DNA from: an uncultured virus (IMG/VR IMGVR_UViG_3300031857_023291)
Lineage: Duplodnaviria > Heunggongvirae > Uroviricota > Caudoviricetes
DNA: 64,000 nucleotides
IMG/VR virus record: IMGVR_UViG_3300031857_023291
Reading direction: 5' to 3' (one strand)
Part shown: positions 19,718-29,746 of the stretch, piece by piece
How the letters are laid out: every line of letters starts with the position of its first letter
How positions within the stretch are numbered: the first letter of the stretch is position 1
Made by a program: the position numbers and the translations under genes
The notes under the pieces: generated by a model
What the model was told of the DNA's origin: nothing
Database searches by the model: none
What the model saw: the letters and a program-made list of their open reading frames with translations, nothing else

Positions 19718-20845
19718 ATGAATTATGTAAGAAAATTTGAATCTTTCAGAAACTATAAAGGCTTACAACCTATAAATGAAGAATTATTAGCCGGTGTTCT
19801 TAACTTTTTTAAGAACCTTTGGAATAAAGCAACTGAAGAGTTGAAGAAATTAGGTGAGAATCCCACTATAGACAAGGTAGAAGACTGGGTTGATAAAAAT
19901 CCAATGAATCCTACAGATGATACTTACATTTTTAAAGGTGTAATTGATGAATTTAATAAACTACCAGAGGCAAATGAGCAAAACTGCTTAGATTTGATAA
20001 AAAATATTTTAGACCCTGAAACTGGAGCTTTGGGTAAACAAGGTATGCAACCACTTTATGATAATATTATAAAGGCTTTTGGTAATGATTCACCTACTAT
20101 AGATATAATAAGATTTATAATGGAAACTATTAGAAATAGGGCAATTAAAGACTATAAATACGCAGGTGGTCCTGATTTAAAAGTGGTACCTAAAGTTGAA
20201 GCTAAAGTCGATCAGAAAAAGATTATCTTAGATATGAAAGACACAACTCACTTACCTGATTTCAAGAAAGTTATTTTAACAGCAGCACAGGATAATAAAA
20301 AAAGAAAACAATTAGCCTTAGACTGGGTTAATAAAACGTTAGTTCCAAGATTAGATAAATATTTAACAGAAATCAAAGATGATGAACTAAATAAATATTT
20401 AGAAGATTTAGGAAAAGAGGCACCTGAAGCTGGTCCTGAGGGTGGTTACAAACCAGGTGATTCAGTTATCTACAAAAGAGATAAGTTTAACGAAGACGAG
20501 TGGAAAAAGGTTACTGATCAAGATAAATTGAAACCCAATGAAGGAATCATGAAAGATCTTCAAGATAAAGAAATGATCGGTATCAAAAAAATCAAAGAAA
20601 TCAAAGGAGAAGATGTTACTTTTGAAGATGCTGATTTTACTAAGAAAACTTCTGATTTATTAGGAAAAGTTGATGCTAAAGCAGAAGGCCAAGAGGACTT
20701 AGTAAAAAAATTAGGTGAGTTAAAAACTAAAAAACCTGATGATATCAAAAAGGTTAGCCAGTATGTAGACTTTATAAGTGACGAGAAGAATAAAGATAAA
20801 ATTGCTGAATTAGATAAAATAATGTCAGCTGGTGAAGGCGCTTAA
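19718..20845 (+). CDS. hypothetical protein with leader MNYVRKFESF, possible virion internal protein
   Basis: Leader plus PINEE; TAATATATA at 19686-19694. Confidence 0.55.
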   Translation: MNYVRKFESFRNYKGLQPINEELLAGVLNFFKNLWNKATEELKKLGENPTIDKVEDWVDKNPMNPTDDTYIFKGVIDEFNKLPEANEQNCLDLIKNILDPETGALGKQGMQPLYDNIIKAFGNDSPTIDIIRFIMETIRNRAIKDYKYAGGPDLKVVPKVEAKVDQKKIILDMKDTTHLPDFKKVILTAAQDNKKRKQLALDWVNKTLVPRLDKYLTEIKDDELNKYLEDLGKEAPEAGPEGGYKPGDSVIYKRDKFNEDEWKKVTDQDKLKPNEGIMKDLQDKEMIGIKKIKEIKGEDVTFEDADFTKKTSDLLGKVDAKAEGQEDLVKKLGELKTKKPDDIKKVSQYVDFISDEKNKDKIAELDKIMSAGEGA

Positions 20846-20897
20846 TCTATTTTTTTAAGTTTCTTATATAAAGATGTAAATTCGAAATATATAAGAC

Positions 20898-22082
20898 ATG
20901 GATAAACTATATAAGAAAAAACTTGAAAAGATTCTCAATAAAATTGACAAAATTGCAGCCAAAGGCAAAGATAGCATTCAAGAATATACTAACTATGTTA
21001 ACGAATTAGTAGAAAAGGGTGACTTTTCTACTTTTGTAGAAGTACTTTATCTTTTTTACTATATTGATGTTTACGAGAAAATTGATGTTGGTGAGGTCAT
21101 TTCCTACAGCTGGAAAGAGATACTTTTTCAAACAAAAACTCCATTTTTGACAAAATTATCTAAGTTATATAAGCAGAATAAAATACATCAGCAATCTTAT
21201 CAAATTTACTCAGATGATCCTAAAATAACACAATTATCACTTTCAAATAAATATAGCTCAACTTATTCAGTAACTGGACTATCCGCTTCTATTTCTTTTT
21301 TTAGGGAAAACGGAAATATTATGATGAAAGTATTAGATAATTCAATTGATTCAATTGAGATAAAAAAAGCAGAGTGGCAAACTATTGTTTCTTATAGTGG
21401 TGAGCCATATAAAGTCGCAAATATTTCCTCTGAAACATTCAGACCAGTAAATCAAAAGTTGATTGATGAATTCTACATTTCTTATTTTTCGAATTCACAA
21501 TCGCTAATAAGTATTGATTCATTGACATCATCTCAGAACTTTACTATGTCAATTTTACCGAATAAAAGTTTTCAGAAAGAACAAATTGTAAAAGTTTCTA
21601 GCACTGAGCAAAATCAATATTTTCAAGGTTATATAAATTCTTACAATATTCTTAACGGTGATTTAAATTTGACAATAACTGGATTATCCGGTAGTGGAAC
21701 ATATTCAAATTGGATAGTAGAATATGTATCAGGTACTCAGTCACCAACTTTCAAAACTAATGTTTCAGTAGATTATGCTAATGATTATGCTGTTTACACA
21801 TATAATACTAAAGATAATGAAAACTTTATTTATAGATTACAAGTATCTAAAAATGCCTATTTAGGTGAAATAGAAGAAATTGACACATATAGTCAGAATG
21901 CTAAATATTTAGTTCAAAATAAACAATATGCAAAAATAATCGGCGAAAGAAAATTTTATTTAAAGGTCACAAAAAGTGGTTCAACACAAAGTTATGCAAT
22001 TGTTTATGAAAATGAGTCATTATCCGAAGACCAGAATTTATTAGAAAGATATAGGTTAGCTGTAAATTATCTTTTAAATTAA
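20898..22082 (+). CDS. hypothetical protein, possibly structural
   Basis: 394-aa Ser/Thr/Asn-rich ORF with a TGLSGSGTYSNW segment. Confidence 0.45.
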   Translation: MDKLYKKKLEKILNKIDKIAAKGKDSIQEYTNYVNELVEKGDFSTFVEVLYLFYYIDVYEKIDVGEVISYSWKEILFQTKTPFLTKLSKLYKQNKIHQQSYQIYSDDPKITQLSLSNKYSSTYSVTGLSASISFFRENGNIMMKVLDNSIDSIEIKKAEWQTIVSYSGEPYKVANISSETFRPVNQKLIDEFYISYFSNSQSLISIDSLTSSQNFTMSILPNKSFQKEQIVKVSSTEQNQYFQGYINSYNILNGDLNLTITGLSGSGTYSNWIVEYVSGTQSPTFKTNVSVDYANDYAVYTYNTKDNENFIYRLQVSKNAYLGEIEEIDTYSQNAKYLVQNKQYAKIIGERKFYLKVTKSGSTQSYAIVYENESLSEDQNLLERYRLAVNYLLN

Positions 22083-22552
22083 TTTTTGACTTCTTCTACC
22101 TCAGGTAACTCGACAAATTGTTGATTACTTTTAAGTAAATCTAAAATTTCATTAGTAGAGTCGTATTTTTCAGAAACAAATATTGTCTCCATTTTAGATG
22201 AAACTACATCTACATCATTTTCTTTGGCCCAATTTCCTATTACTTCAGACAAAAAATCAAAACTTTTTACATTTAAATCATCTGACATTTTTTTCAATAC
22301 TTGTTTGAATTCAGAATCTTTTTGCATTAGTTCTGCTTGTAATTGTTGAAATCTCTCTGCTTTTTGTTGTTGTGTTCTATTATCGACTATTAAACCCATA
22401 GAACTAGATGATATGATTGAGTTCATTTCTTTTCTGATTGGTTCAATTTCTTTTAGAAAATCTGATTTTTGTTGATTAATTTCGTCTACACCTTTTCTAT
22501 ATTCAGAATAATGAGATGTCACCTTTTCAAAGTCTACGTATTTAAAGTTCAT
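22079..22552 (-). CDS. OmpH/Skp-like chaperone lacking a signal peptide
   Basis: Starts FKYVDFEKV, long coiled coil, WAKENDVDVV...YDSTNEIL C-terminal signature. Confidence 0.65.
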   Translation of the reverse strand: MNFKYVDFEKVTSHYSEYRKGVDEINQQKSDFLKEIEPIRKEMNSIISSSSMGLIVDNRTQQQKAERFQQLQAELMQKDSEFKQVLKKMSDDLNVKSFDFLSEVIGNWAKENDVDVVSSKMETIFVSEKYDSTNEILDLLKSNQQFVELPEVEEVKN

Positions 22553-22585
22553 AATTTATAAGTTTATTTTTATATTTATAATTGT

Positions 22586-23329
22586 TTAATTGTTTATATC
22601 ACCATCAAGAAATCTTTTGATGTAGGGTCTCATATCAATAACTTTATACATTTCAGCCGGCTCTTCACCCGGGCCTATATGCACGAGATAAGCACCTCCG
22701 ACATCAAATCCCCACTCTTCTAATATTAGTGCATAAAATGATAATTGTATAGAATACTCTGATAAATGAGATTTATAAAAGTCTTCAAATGGTGCTAATA
22801 ACTTCTCTTTATATTTTAGATTTTCATCAGTAGTAAAATTTTTATTTGTTTTCCAATCTAAAATGAATATCTTTCCACGATGGATAAAAAGAGAATCAAT
22901 CATACCAGCGATTTTCCATTTTTTAGAGAAAACTCTGACTTCAAATTTTAATGGTTCTAATTTATGAAGATGTTTAGCAAAAATCACATTGAATTTATTT
23001 ATACGATTAATTACATCTAAATTTGATGGCAATGGTTTCCAAATTTTATTGAAGTAGTCTTCAATCCATTGATGCGTATCAGTACCTACCTCGTTGGCGT
23101 AGTCGTTAATTTTCTTCCACTCATTCAATATCCATTCTTGTGGAACACCAGCCTCATCTGCTTTTTTTTGAGACCAAAAATCTTGCTCAAATGGTTTATG
23201 AAATTGTTGTATAAATTTTGTAACTGAAACAAATTGACTACCATGATAGGTATATTTATGGTAAGTAGGATCAAATTTGAATTCAGGGTCGTTAAAACAT
23301 TCTAATTTCTCTAAAATAAATTCTTTCAT
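22586..23329 (-). CDS. PD-(D/E)XK exonuclease (Cas4/RecB-like)
   Basis: SVTKFI, GTDTH, AGMID, ILDWKT, YSIQLSFY. Confidence 0.8.
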   Translation of the reverse strand: MKEFILEKLECFNDPEFKFDPTYHKYTYHGSQFVSVTKFIQQFHKPFEQDFWSQKKADEAGVPQEWILNEWKKINDYANEVGTDTHQWIEDYFNKIWKPLPSNLDVINRINKFNVIFAKHLHKLEPLKFEVRVFSKKWKIAGMIDSLFIHRGKIFILDWKTNKNFTTDENLKYKEKLLAPFEDFYKSHLSEYSIQLSFYALILEEWGFDVGGAYLVHIGPGEEPAEMYKVIDMRPYIKRFLDGDINN

Positions 23330-23356
23330 CTTATTTTATATATACTAAAAAACAAT

Positions 23357-23902
23357 TTGTTTATGGAAACAATTTATACTATAATACTCGATATCATACC
23401 ACTACTTGGAATATTTTCTTTTATTAAAGCAATAATTGAATATCGAAAGTCTCAATTATGGAAAGAATCAGAGTTTCTATCTAAAGAAGTGAAAGAATTT
23501 TTTTCGGATGAAAAGGTAAAAGTTGTATTGACTCTATTAGATTGGAATGCTAGAAAAATTATGATTAATGGGCAAGAAGTTAAAGTCAATGATGCTTATA
23601 TGATTGAAGCGCTAAAAACACATGACCAGAGGTCGAGATTTTCTATTGAAGAAGCATATTTAAGAGATTTATTTGATAATTTTTTTGATAAACTTGCCTA
23701 CTTCAATATTCATTGTAAAAATGGACTAGTTTCAGAAAAGAAGATATTTAATTACTTTGACTACTATTTTAATATACTAACAACAACTGAAAGAAAAGAT
23801 TATAAATTTCTCAAAACTATAGATGATTACATTGATTATTACGATTATGTAAATGTTAGAGATTTATTAGATAAATACAAAAAACAAAAAAGAGACCACT
23901 AA
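23357..23902 (+). CDS. hypothetical membrane-anchored protein
   Basis: N-terminal hydrophobic helix followed by a helical domain. Confidence 0.5.
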   Translation: MFMETIYTIILDIIPLLGIFSFIKAIIEYRKSQLWKESEFLSKEVKEFFSDEKVKVVLTLLDWNARKIMINGQEVKVNDAYMIEALKTHDQRSRFSIEEAYLRDLFDNFFDKLAYFNIHCKNGLVSEKKIFNYFDYYFNILTTTERKDYKFLKTIDDYIDYYDYVNVRDLLDKYKKQKRDH

Positions 23903-23915
23903 GGTCTCTTTTTTT
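23887..23915. terminator. bidirectional intrinsic terminator
   Basis: AAAAAGAGACC-ACTAA-GGTCTCTTTTT between convergent genes. Confidence 0.7.
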
Positions 23916-25221
23916 ATTCAGTTGGTTGAACATCACTACTATTGTTTTCACTGGCTGAATTTAAGGTTTGAATCAAATTCTCATAAGTTGATGTATCAAT
24001 TCCAATTCTCTCAATTGATTGCATTAATTCTTGTGCAAAAGATGAACCTCTTCTAATTCTTCGAGAAGATCGTTGCTTTTCATACTCTTCATTATCTTTG
24101 ATTCTTTGTTCAATCCTTTCAGTATTATTAAGATATGAAAATTCTCCAGTGTAGATATAATCTCTTAAATCTTCCCTCCATTCAGAATGCTCACACAGAA
24201 TATATTGATCGTGTATTTCAGAATAATTACATCTATCAGGGTGTGTGTTTACATGAACATATTCAATGTAGATAGTTTCACCTCTGTGTCTATAATATTT
24301 ATCAACATCATCATAAACCAAATAGTTGTATTCGTATTTACCACCATCTGAAGAACAAAGTGTGTAATGGTCTCTTCCAACAGGTCTGTAATTAGAAAAA
24401 GTGCCAGTATCAGGATTAAAAAATTTGAAAGTATCCATGTAAGGATAGTATCTAAAATCGAAATTATCTAACTTGACATCTAATTTCAACAATTTTTTAC
24501 CCTCGCCTAATCTTTCAAATTGTAAAGAGTTATACCAATTCTGCTGAGCTCTGAAGTAATATCCATTTTCGGTGGCCCATTTTTTGAAATAAAATGGAAG
24601 TTGTTCATCATTAATAGAATAAATTCTATCCATAATTTTATTACCATCAAAATTCCATAGAAGAGCGCGACCTAAAACATAACCATTTTCATTTAGCATC
24701 AGCAATAAAGAGATTTTATCTTGATTTTCAACATACATGTTAAATAACCTTTGACAAGATTCATATCTCATACAAGATACACCTAAACTACCAGAGTCTG
24801 AAGCGTGTTTTTCATAATGATAGTAGCTTCTAATATCTTCTCCTGATACTATTTTGAAATCAAATTTTGGTTTTCTAACCTCAGCTCTATAAAGATTTGA
24901 AAAAACCTCTACATCTTTAGAAGATATATTTTTGAATATTTTTGAAATAAATCCACCTGGCTTCATATGAAATCTTCTTGAGGATGTCCAAAATTCTGAC
25001 TCAGGTATAATACCAATACGCTCTGTTGTTAAATAGGAAATACGAGTTGAATCCTGCGTTGATATTGAAATGAAATTTACAGGATCATCAACTAAGTCCT
25101 CCTTTGAGTGTCTTCGTTTTAAGAGCAAATCAGCAACAATTGATTCTGATTTAATTGTTTCCAAAACTGATCTTAATTCATCTGAAATAAAGAGGTCGTA
25201 TGTTTTTCTTTCGTATGCCAT
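23914..25221 (-). CDS. phage hypothetical protein (SCMRY / GRALLW / MDRIY / PYMDTF motifs)
   Basis: 435-aa ORF; TATATTTG element at 25236-25243. Confidence 0.6.
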   Translation of the reverse strand: MAYERKTYDLFISDELRSVLETIKSESIVADLLLKRRHSKEDLVDDPVNFISISTQDSTRISYLTTERIGIIPESEFWTSSRRFHMKPGGFISKIFKNISSKDVEVFSNLYRAEVRKPKFDFKIVSGEDIRSYYHYEKHASDSGSLGVSCMRYESCQRLFNMYVENQDKISLLLMLNENGYVLGRALLWNFDGNKIMDRIYSINDEQLPFYFKKWATENGYYFRAQQNWYNSLQFERLGEGKKLLKLDVKLDNFDFRYYPYMDTFKFFNPDTGTFSNYRPVGRDHYTLCSSDGGKYEYNYLVYDDVDKYYRHRGETIYIEYVHVNTHPDRCNYSEIHDQYILCEHSEWREDLRDYIYTGEFSYLNNTERIEQRIKDNEEYEKQRSSRRIRRGSSFAQELMQSIERIGIDTSTYENLIQTLNSASENNSSDVQPTE

Positions 25222-25267
25222 AAAATTATTTTCTACAAATATAGTGATAAAATTGAAAAAGTCAATA

Positions 25268-25753
25268 TTAAATATTGTTAAAAGTTAAAATTCTAACTTC
25301 TTTATTATTGTGAAGTTTTTTTATTGAATAGTACAACTTCTGACCTTCATTAGTCAAGTCTCTGAAGGTGCAAATCCAGTCATTACCATCTTTAAATTGA
25401 TATGTATTTTCAGACCAACCTAAGCAAATGCACGTAGTTAGTGGAATAGATGATTGGTTATCACCATCTATATTAGGAAAATACCTGTTTTCAAATTCAT
25501 TTATATCTATTTGAGATTCTATTGAGCTCTCTAATGAATTATTATTTGTAAGTCTTTTTCTAAAAGAAATATCATCTGATGCAAGATTACCCTGAAGGTT
25601 TAACCTACAATTAGATAAAATATAAGGCACATTGATTAAATCCAAAGTTTCAAAAGCAACTAAATAGATAAAAGTCTTTACTCCTTCAATTCTATCAATA
25701 ACTTTTCCCGGAATTGGAAAATTCACAAATCCTGTATTATCCTCTCTTAACAT
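25268..25753 (-). CDS. hypothetical protein
   Basis: 161-aa ORF collinear with neighbours. Confidence 0.5.
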   Translation of the reverse strand: MLREDNTGFVNFPIPGKVIDRIEGVKTFIYLVAFETLDLINVPYILSNCRLNLQGNLASDDISFRKRLTNNNSLESSIESQIDINEFENRYFPNIDGDNQSSIPLTTCICLGWSENTYQFKDGNDWICTFRDLTNEGQKLYYSIKKLHNNKEVRILTFNNI

Positions 25754-25864
25754 AAAATAATTTGTTAAACGAATTTATAACTTGTCTAATAAAATTAGGT
25801 TTGATATTTTTTTGTTTGGGAAATCTTCCGTGATTTCCCATGCTATCATAATCTGCACATTCTA

Positions 25865-26092
25865 TTAACATAAAATATCTTTTAATTTATTATTTCTTTC
25901 TTTTTGTTTAACTCTCAGTTCATATTCCTCTATTTCGAGTGAGAAACGACTGCTCCATATGAGTTCTCTATACGGAGCCATAATATATCCATTATAGGGA
26001 CCATAGACATTTTCAAATATAATGTTTTCTCTTTTAACAGAGTTATCTTTTTGACAGATAGCATCTTTTATTATTTCGTAATCAAATTTCAT
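25865..26092 (-). CDS. small hypothetical protein with C-terminal ERNNKLKDIL tag
   Basis: Coupled to the upstream gene; shared motif. Confidence 0.55.
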   Translation of the reverse strand: MKFDYEIIKDAICQKDNSVKRENIIFENVYGPYNGYIMAPYRELIWSSRFSLEIEEYELRVKQKERNNKLKDILC

Positions 26093-26946
26093 TAGATACC
26101 AAGTGCCTCCAACACTGAGTTTCTAACAGCCCATTGAGTAATTTTGATTATACGGTCTGTTTCGTTTTTAATAATATGAGAGTCTTGTCGATTAAACAAC
26201 TTCATATAAGTTCCAAATACCCAAAAAGCATCTAAGTAAAAGTCCTCCTTAACCTCAGACATTCTTTCAGACTCTGTATAAAGTTGAGACCGTTGTTCTC
26301 TTGTAAGTCTAATAAGACCATCACCATCAGCGAAACGAACAGAGTTTTTAAATGCGTCGAATTTACGGTGGTTGATTTGTGGAATATCTTCTTTATCTCC
26401 TAAGATAACTTGGCGAATTTTAGAAAGTAAAATACGGTGACCAACTAAATTTTGAAGAGCCTCAATTTGCTCATCAAAAGTTTCACCATTAAGACCGGTT
26501 GATGCAACATCAGCAGCTTCGGTAACACCAGTTAGATGTTTTCGTGACATACCAACATTGTTTGCGCCGATGAAATAATATTTTTCTGAATGTAGACCAG
26601 CATAGAAACTAAGTCTACGTGATTTATCTGTTGAGTTTAGTATGTAGAAAGATTTGTAAAAACGAATACCTCCGATTTCAACACTATCAGAAATAAGTTG
26701 AAGGTATTGCTGACCTTTTCTAATCAACAATTGGTATTTAGAAATAGTAAAGTTTTGTTCGATAAGTTCAATCTTATCTTTTAGATATTTAACAATATCA
26801 AATATCTCATATCTTTTTGAGACATTTGCCACCTGTGTGACACGACCGTTATACTTTGTGACAACTTGGTCTTCAATTTTTTCAACCGTGATTTTTTCAA
26901 TCGAATTGAATAGTTCTTGTTTGTTGTATGTTCTAAATCCTCTCAT
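26092..26946 (-). CDS. DUF932/DUF945-like protein with C-terminal RNSVLEALGI tag
   Basis: VSKRYEI and ILNSTDKS...RKH resemble DUF932 motifs; host-type element at 26951-26958. Confidence 0.45.
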   Translation of the reverse strand: MRGFRTYNKQELFNSIEKITVEKIEDQVVTKYNGRVTQVANVSKRYEIFDIVKYLKDKIELIEQNFTISKYQLLIRKGQQYLQLISDSVEIGGIRFYKSFYILNSTDKSRRLSFYAGLHSEKYYFIGANNVGMSRKHLTGVTEAADVASTGLNGETFDEQIEALQNLVGHRILLSKIRQVILGDKEDIPQINHRKFDAFKNSVRFADGDGLIRLTREQRSQLYTESERMSEVKEDFYLDAFWVFGTYMKLFNRQDSHIIKNETDRIIKITQWAVRNSVLEALGI

Positions 26947-26987
26947 AAAGCAAATATAATAATCATTTTTAATATATACAATATCAT

Positions 26988-28322
26988 ATGAGATTTTTAA
27001 AAGAATATAACCAATTTATTTTTGAAGAGTGGTCAAAGAATGAACCAATACCTGAAATTATCGGAGTAGATAGAGGTTTGGCTATATTTGTAATCGGAGC
27101 ACCCGGTATTGGTAAATCATATTTTGTAACTAACCATATTCATTCTAAGAATCCGAATATTAAGGATTTTTCAACTGATGATGTTTCTCTTCTTTTCACA
27201 AAAGATCCAAATGTTTATTACAGAGGAAAAGAGAAAGAGAGTGGTGGTAGGACAAAAAATGCTTCTCAATTAAACCTTTTAAGAATGATGGAATTTATGG
27301 AAACTGGTCAGAATTTTATTTATGACACAACAGGAGCTGGAAAAGAATTCACAGACAAAGGTTATGAACATATTAAAGAGATTTATGATAGTGCAAGGTC
27401 AAATGGATATAAAATCATATTTATTCATCTACTTTCTACCTTACAAACCTCAATCGACCAAGACGCATTAAGATCTCGTCACGTCGATCCACATTACATT
27501 CAATGGGCTTATGCTAAACAACAGGGTGGTGAAGTTGATGGAGTTAAAGTAGAAGGTAATATTCAAAGATATAAAGCACTTAATCCAGATGCATATTATT
27601 TAGTAACATCAATAGACCAGAAATATAAGTTTTATAAATTCATTGATGGTAAACTTGCAGTTAGAAAGAATGACAGATATATTATAAAAGAAAGTGCTGA
27701 TAACAAAGGTGTTACTTCACAAATAGTTGATACTATGTTAGATTTTATTGAAGATGGATATGATATAAAATTTTTATCATCAGGAATGGGTGGTATAACT
27801 TATCAACAATATTTAGATGGTGATGTTAGTTTTCAACCACAAATGCAAATGAGTGGTGGTGTTTTAGTTTCTCAGTTTTTTATAAGATTCTTCAAAAATG
27901 AAAAGTTTAATAGTTATGAGGATTTTGTTAGAATTTGTGATGAAATGCAAGTGGTAATTGCTAGACTTTCAGATTTAGGTTGGTCTTTAGTGAAATTTGA
28001 ACCTTATTCAACTGAAGAACAAGAGATTATTAAATTCCACACAATTGATTTTAAGTTCAAAAAGAAGGACGAAAGAGTTGGTGAAAAGAAATTTGATACC
28101 AATGAGTTCAGGGTCAATTTTGAACATCATACTGGCTTACATATTTTAGATGTCACTGAACATGATGATAATGTTTATGTTGAATTTGACTCAATTGATT
28201 ATGATGGAGAACTTCCAAGAAATACTGATGATAGATTAGAAAGAGTTGCAGAGTTATATGGTTTTGCACACTTTGATTACAGATGGCCAGATAAGTTTGT
28301 CTATTTCTTTTGGGAAGACTAA
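26988..28322 (+). CDS. zeta-toxin-like P-loop kinase fused to acidic domains, with leader MRFLKEYNQF
   Basis: GAPGIGKS, STDD, NFIYDTTG, R.RHVD motifs. Confidence 0.6.
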   Translation: MRFLKEYNQFIFEEWSKNEPIPEIIGVDRGLAIFVIGAPGIGKSYFVTNHIHSKNPNIKDFSTDDVSLLFTKDPNVYYRGKEKESGGRTKNASQLNLLRMMEFMETGQNFIYDTTGAGKEFTDKGYEHIKEIYDSARSNGYKIIFIHLLSTLQTSIDQDALRSRHVDPHYIQWAYAKQQGGEVDGVKVEGNIQRYKALNPDAYYLVTSIDQKYKFYKFIDGKLAVRKNDRYIIKESADNKGVTSQIVDTMLDFIEDGYDIKFLSSGMGGITYQQYLDGDVSFQPQMQMSGGVLVSQFFIRFFKNEKFNSYEDFVRICDEMQVVIARLSDLGWSLVKFEPYSTEEQEIIKFHTIDFKFKKKDERVGEKKFDTNEFRVNFEHHTGLHILDVTEHDDNVYVEFDSIDYDGELPRNTDDRLERVAELYGFAHFDYRWPDKFVYFFWED

Positions 28323-28531
28323 CTTAAAATCTTATCAATTTGGTCATTTCTCCATTGACCTTTGTTTTTAAAGTCAGCTAAATAACATTGAATAGTTCTA
28401 TAACCAACTGAATTAGATTCATCTGGTATTTTAACCCAAACAGTCTTAGGATGTTCATGTTTGAATATTTCATAGGTTTTACCTATTTCTAATTCCGTTC
28501 TATTTGATGTATTACTAACACATATCCACAT
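28319..28531 (-). CDS. small hypothetical protein with C-terminal QWRNDQIDKIL tag
   Basis: ICVSN...LEIGKTY; paralog of 11396 and 11678. Confidence 0.55.
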   Translation of the reverse strand: MWICVSNTSNRTELEIGKTYEIFKHEHPKTVWVKIPDESNSVGYRTIQCYLADFKNKGQWRNDQIDKILS

Positions 28532-28555
28532 AAAAACAAATATAATAAAAAAAAG

Positions 28556-29227
28556 TTATTTAACCTTCATTTTGTAAGCTTTTTCAATAGTAGCTCCTCT
28601 TAAATCATAATTTGCTAATTTTACTTCAAAGACTTTACCAATTGATCTCAAAACTCCCATATAATTTCCAATTGGTTTTGTAGAACAAAAAGCTATTGTT
28701 CCTCCTTTACCAGCAACTTTTGATTCCATTCTAGAAGCTGTATTTACAGCGTTTCCGAAGAAATCTCTTAAATCTACTTTCTGAATTCTATATGTCTTTT
28801 CATCCATAAAACCTTGACATATACCAATTCTTAAGTTATAAGCGTTTTCAGTTTGTATAATTTCTTTAGCACATTTAACAGCATCAACTAGTGAGTTATC
28901 AGAAGGTTCGAAATAAACCATAAATGCATCTCCAATTGTTTTAACAATCCAGCCATTATGTTTTTCAGAAAGTTGTTGTATTAATTTATGGTGGTTTTCT
29001 AATTGTTCGTTCATTTTTTGTGGATCGTCTGACCACATTTTAGATGATCCTTCAACGTCCGTAAACATCATTGTAGGCATAGGACCAGTTTGTTCTTGTA
29101 AATCTGGTGATTCTTTGTACTCTTTTTGTGCTTGACTTAATACTCTTCCTGATCTTTTTGATTCATCATCTTTTTCACTGAGATTTTCATTTAAACTAAA
29201 AAAATTATATTTATTCAAATAACGCAT
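28556..29227 (-). CDS. class III adenylate cyclase with leader MRYLNKYNFF
   Basis: MFTDVEGSS, VKTIGDAFM, LRIGI, DFFGNAVNTASRMES. Confidence 0.85.
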   Translation of the reverse strand: MRYLNKYNFFSLNENLSEKDDESKRSGRVLSQAQKEYKESPDLQEQTGPMPTMMFTDVEGSSKMWSDDPQKMNEQLENHHKLIQQLSEKHNGWIVKTIGDAFMVYFEPSDNSLVDAVKCAKEIIQTENAYNLRIGICQGFMDEKTYRIQKVDLRDFFGNAVNTASRMESKVAGKGGTIAFCSTKPIGNYMGVLRSIGKVFEVKLANYDLRGATIEKAYKMKVK

Positions 29228-29242
29228 AAACTATATATTAAA

Positions 29243-29587
29243 CTATTTATAGAGGAATTGTTCGTATTTTTTTTCATCTTTCAAATCTATAGTCAAGCTA
29301 ACTGACTTCAAAGGAGTTTTGAATGAAACTTCAACAATAGACATATAATCAGATTCAATTCCGTCTAATATTTCATTCAGAAGAATTTCTCTTTCTTCAT
29401 CAACTGCTAGTTTCTGTGGGGTAATTATATTTAAATTAATTTTCCAAGGTATTCTTTTATTTACAAATTTAATAACAGACATTTTATAAATAGTTGGTTG
29501 TCTTATCTGCCTTTTAAATAAAAAAATAGCAAATAAAACAACTTTGTAAATGTATTGGTGGTTGATTTCATTTATGTCAAGCTTCAT
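29243..29587 (-). CDS. hypothetical protein with internal EREILLNEIL tag-like motif
   Basis: ORF track. Confidence 0.45.
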   Translation of the reverse strand: MKLDINEINHQYIYKVVLFAIFLFKRQIRQPTIYKMSVIKFVNKRIPWKINLNIITPQKLAVDEEREILLNEILDGIESDYMSIVEVSFKTPLKSVSLTIDLKDEKKYEQFLYK

Positions 29588-29615
29588 TTAGTATATATTC
29601 GCTGTGCTAATTTTA

Positions 29616-29641
29616 TAACCTTTTCTTAACGATTTAGTAAC
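29616..29641 (+). promoter_or_regulatory. three TAAC direct repeats at 11-bp spacing (putative OmpR/PhoB-family operator)
   Basis: TAAC at 29616, 29627 and 29638, upstream of the T9SS/TonB pair. Confidence 0.45.
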
Positions 29642-29746
29642 AATCGATTTTTTCGACTAAAATGCTTACTGGTATTGACTTTCATGAATTTAGTAAAAAA
29701 TTTATGATTTAGACAAATCACATATATAAAAATAAAAAAAATAAAA

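Noticed and set aside
28556..29227. Pycsar-type defence cyclase
   Set aside because: Specificity residues look ATP-type (Lys/Asp) and no adjacent TIR or TM effector is present.
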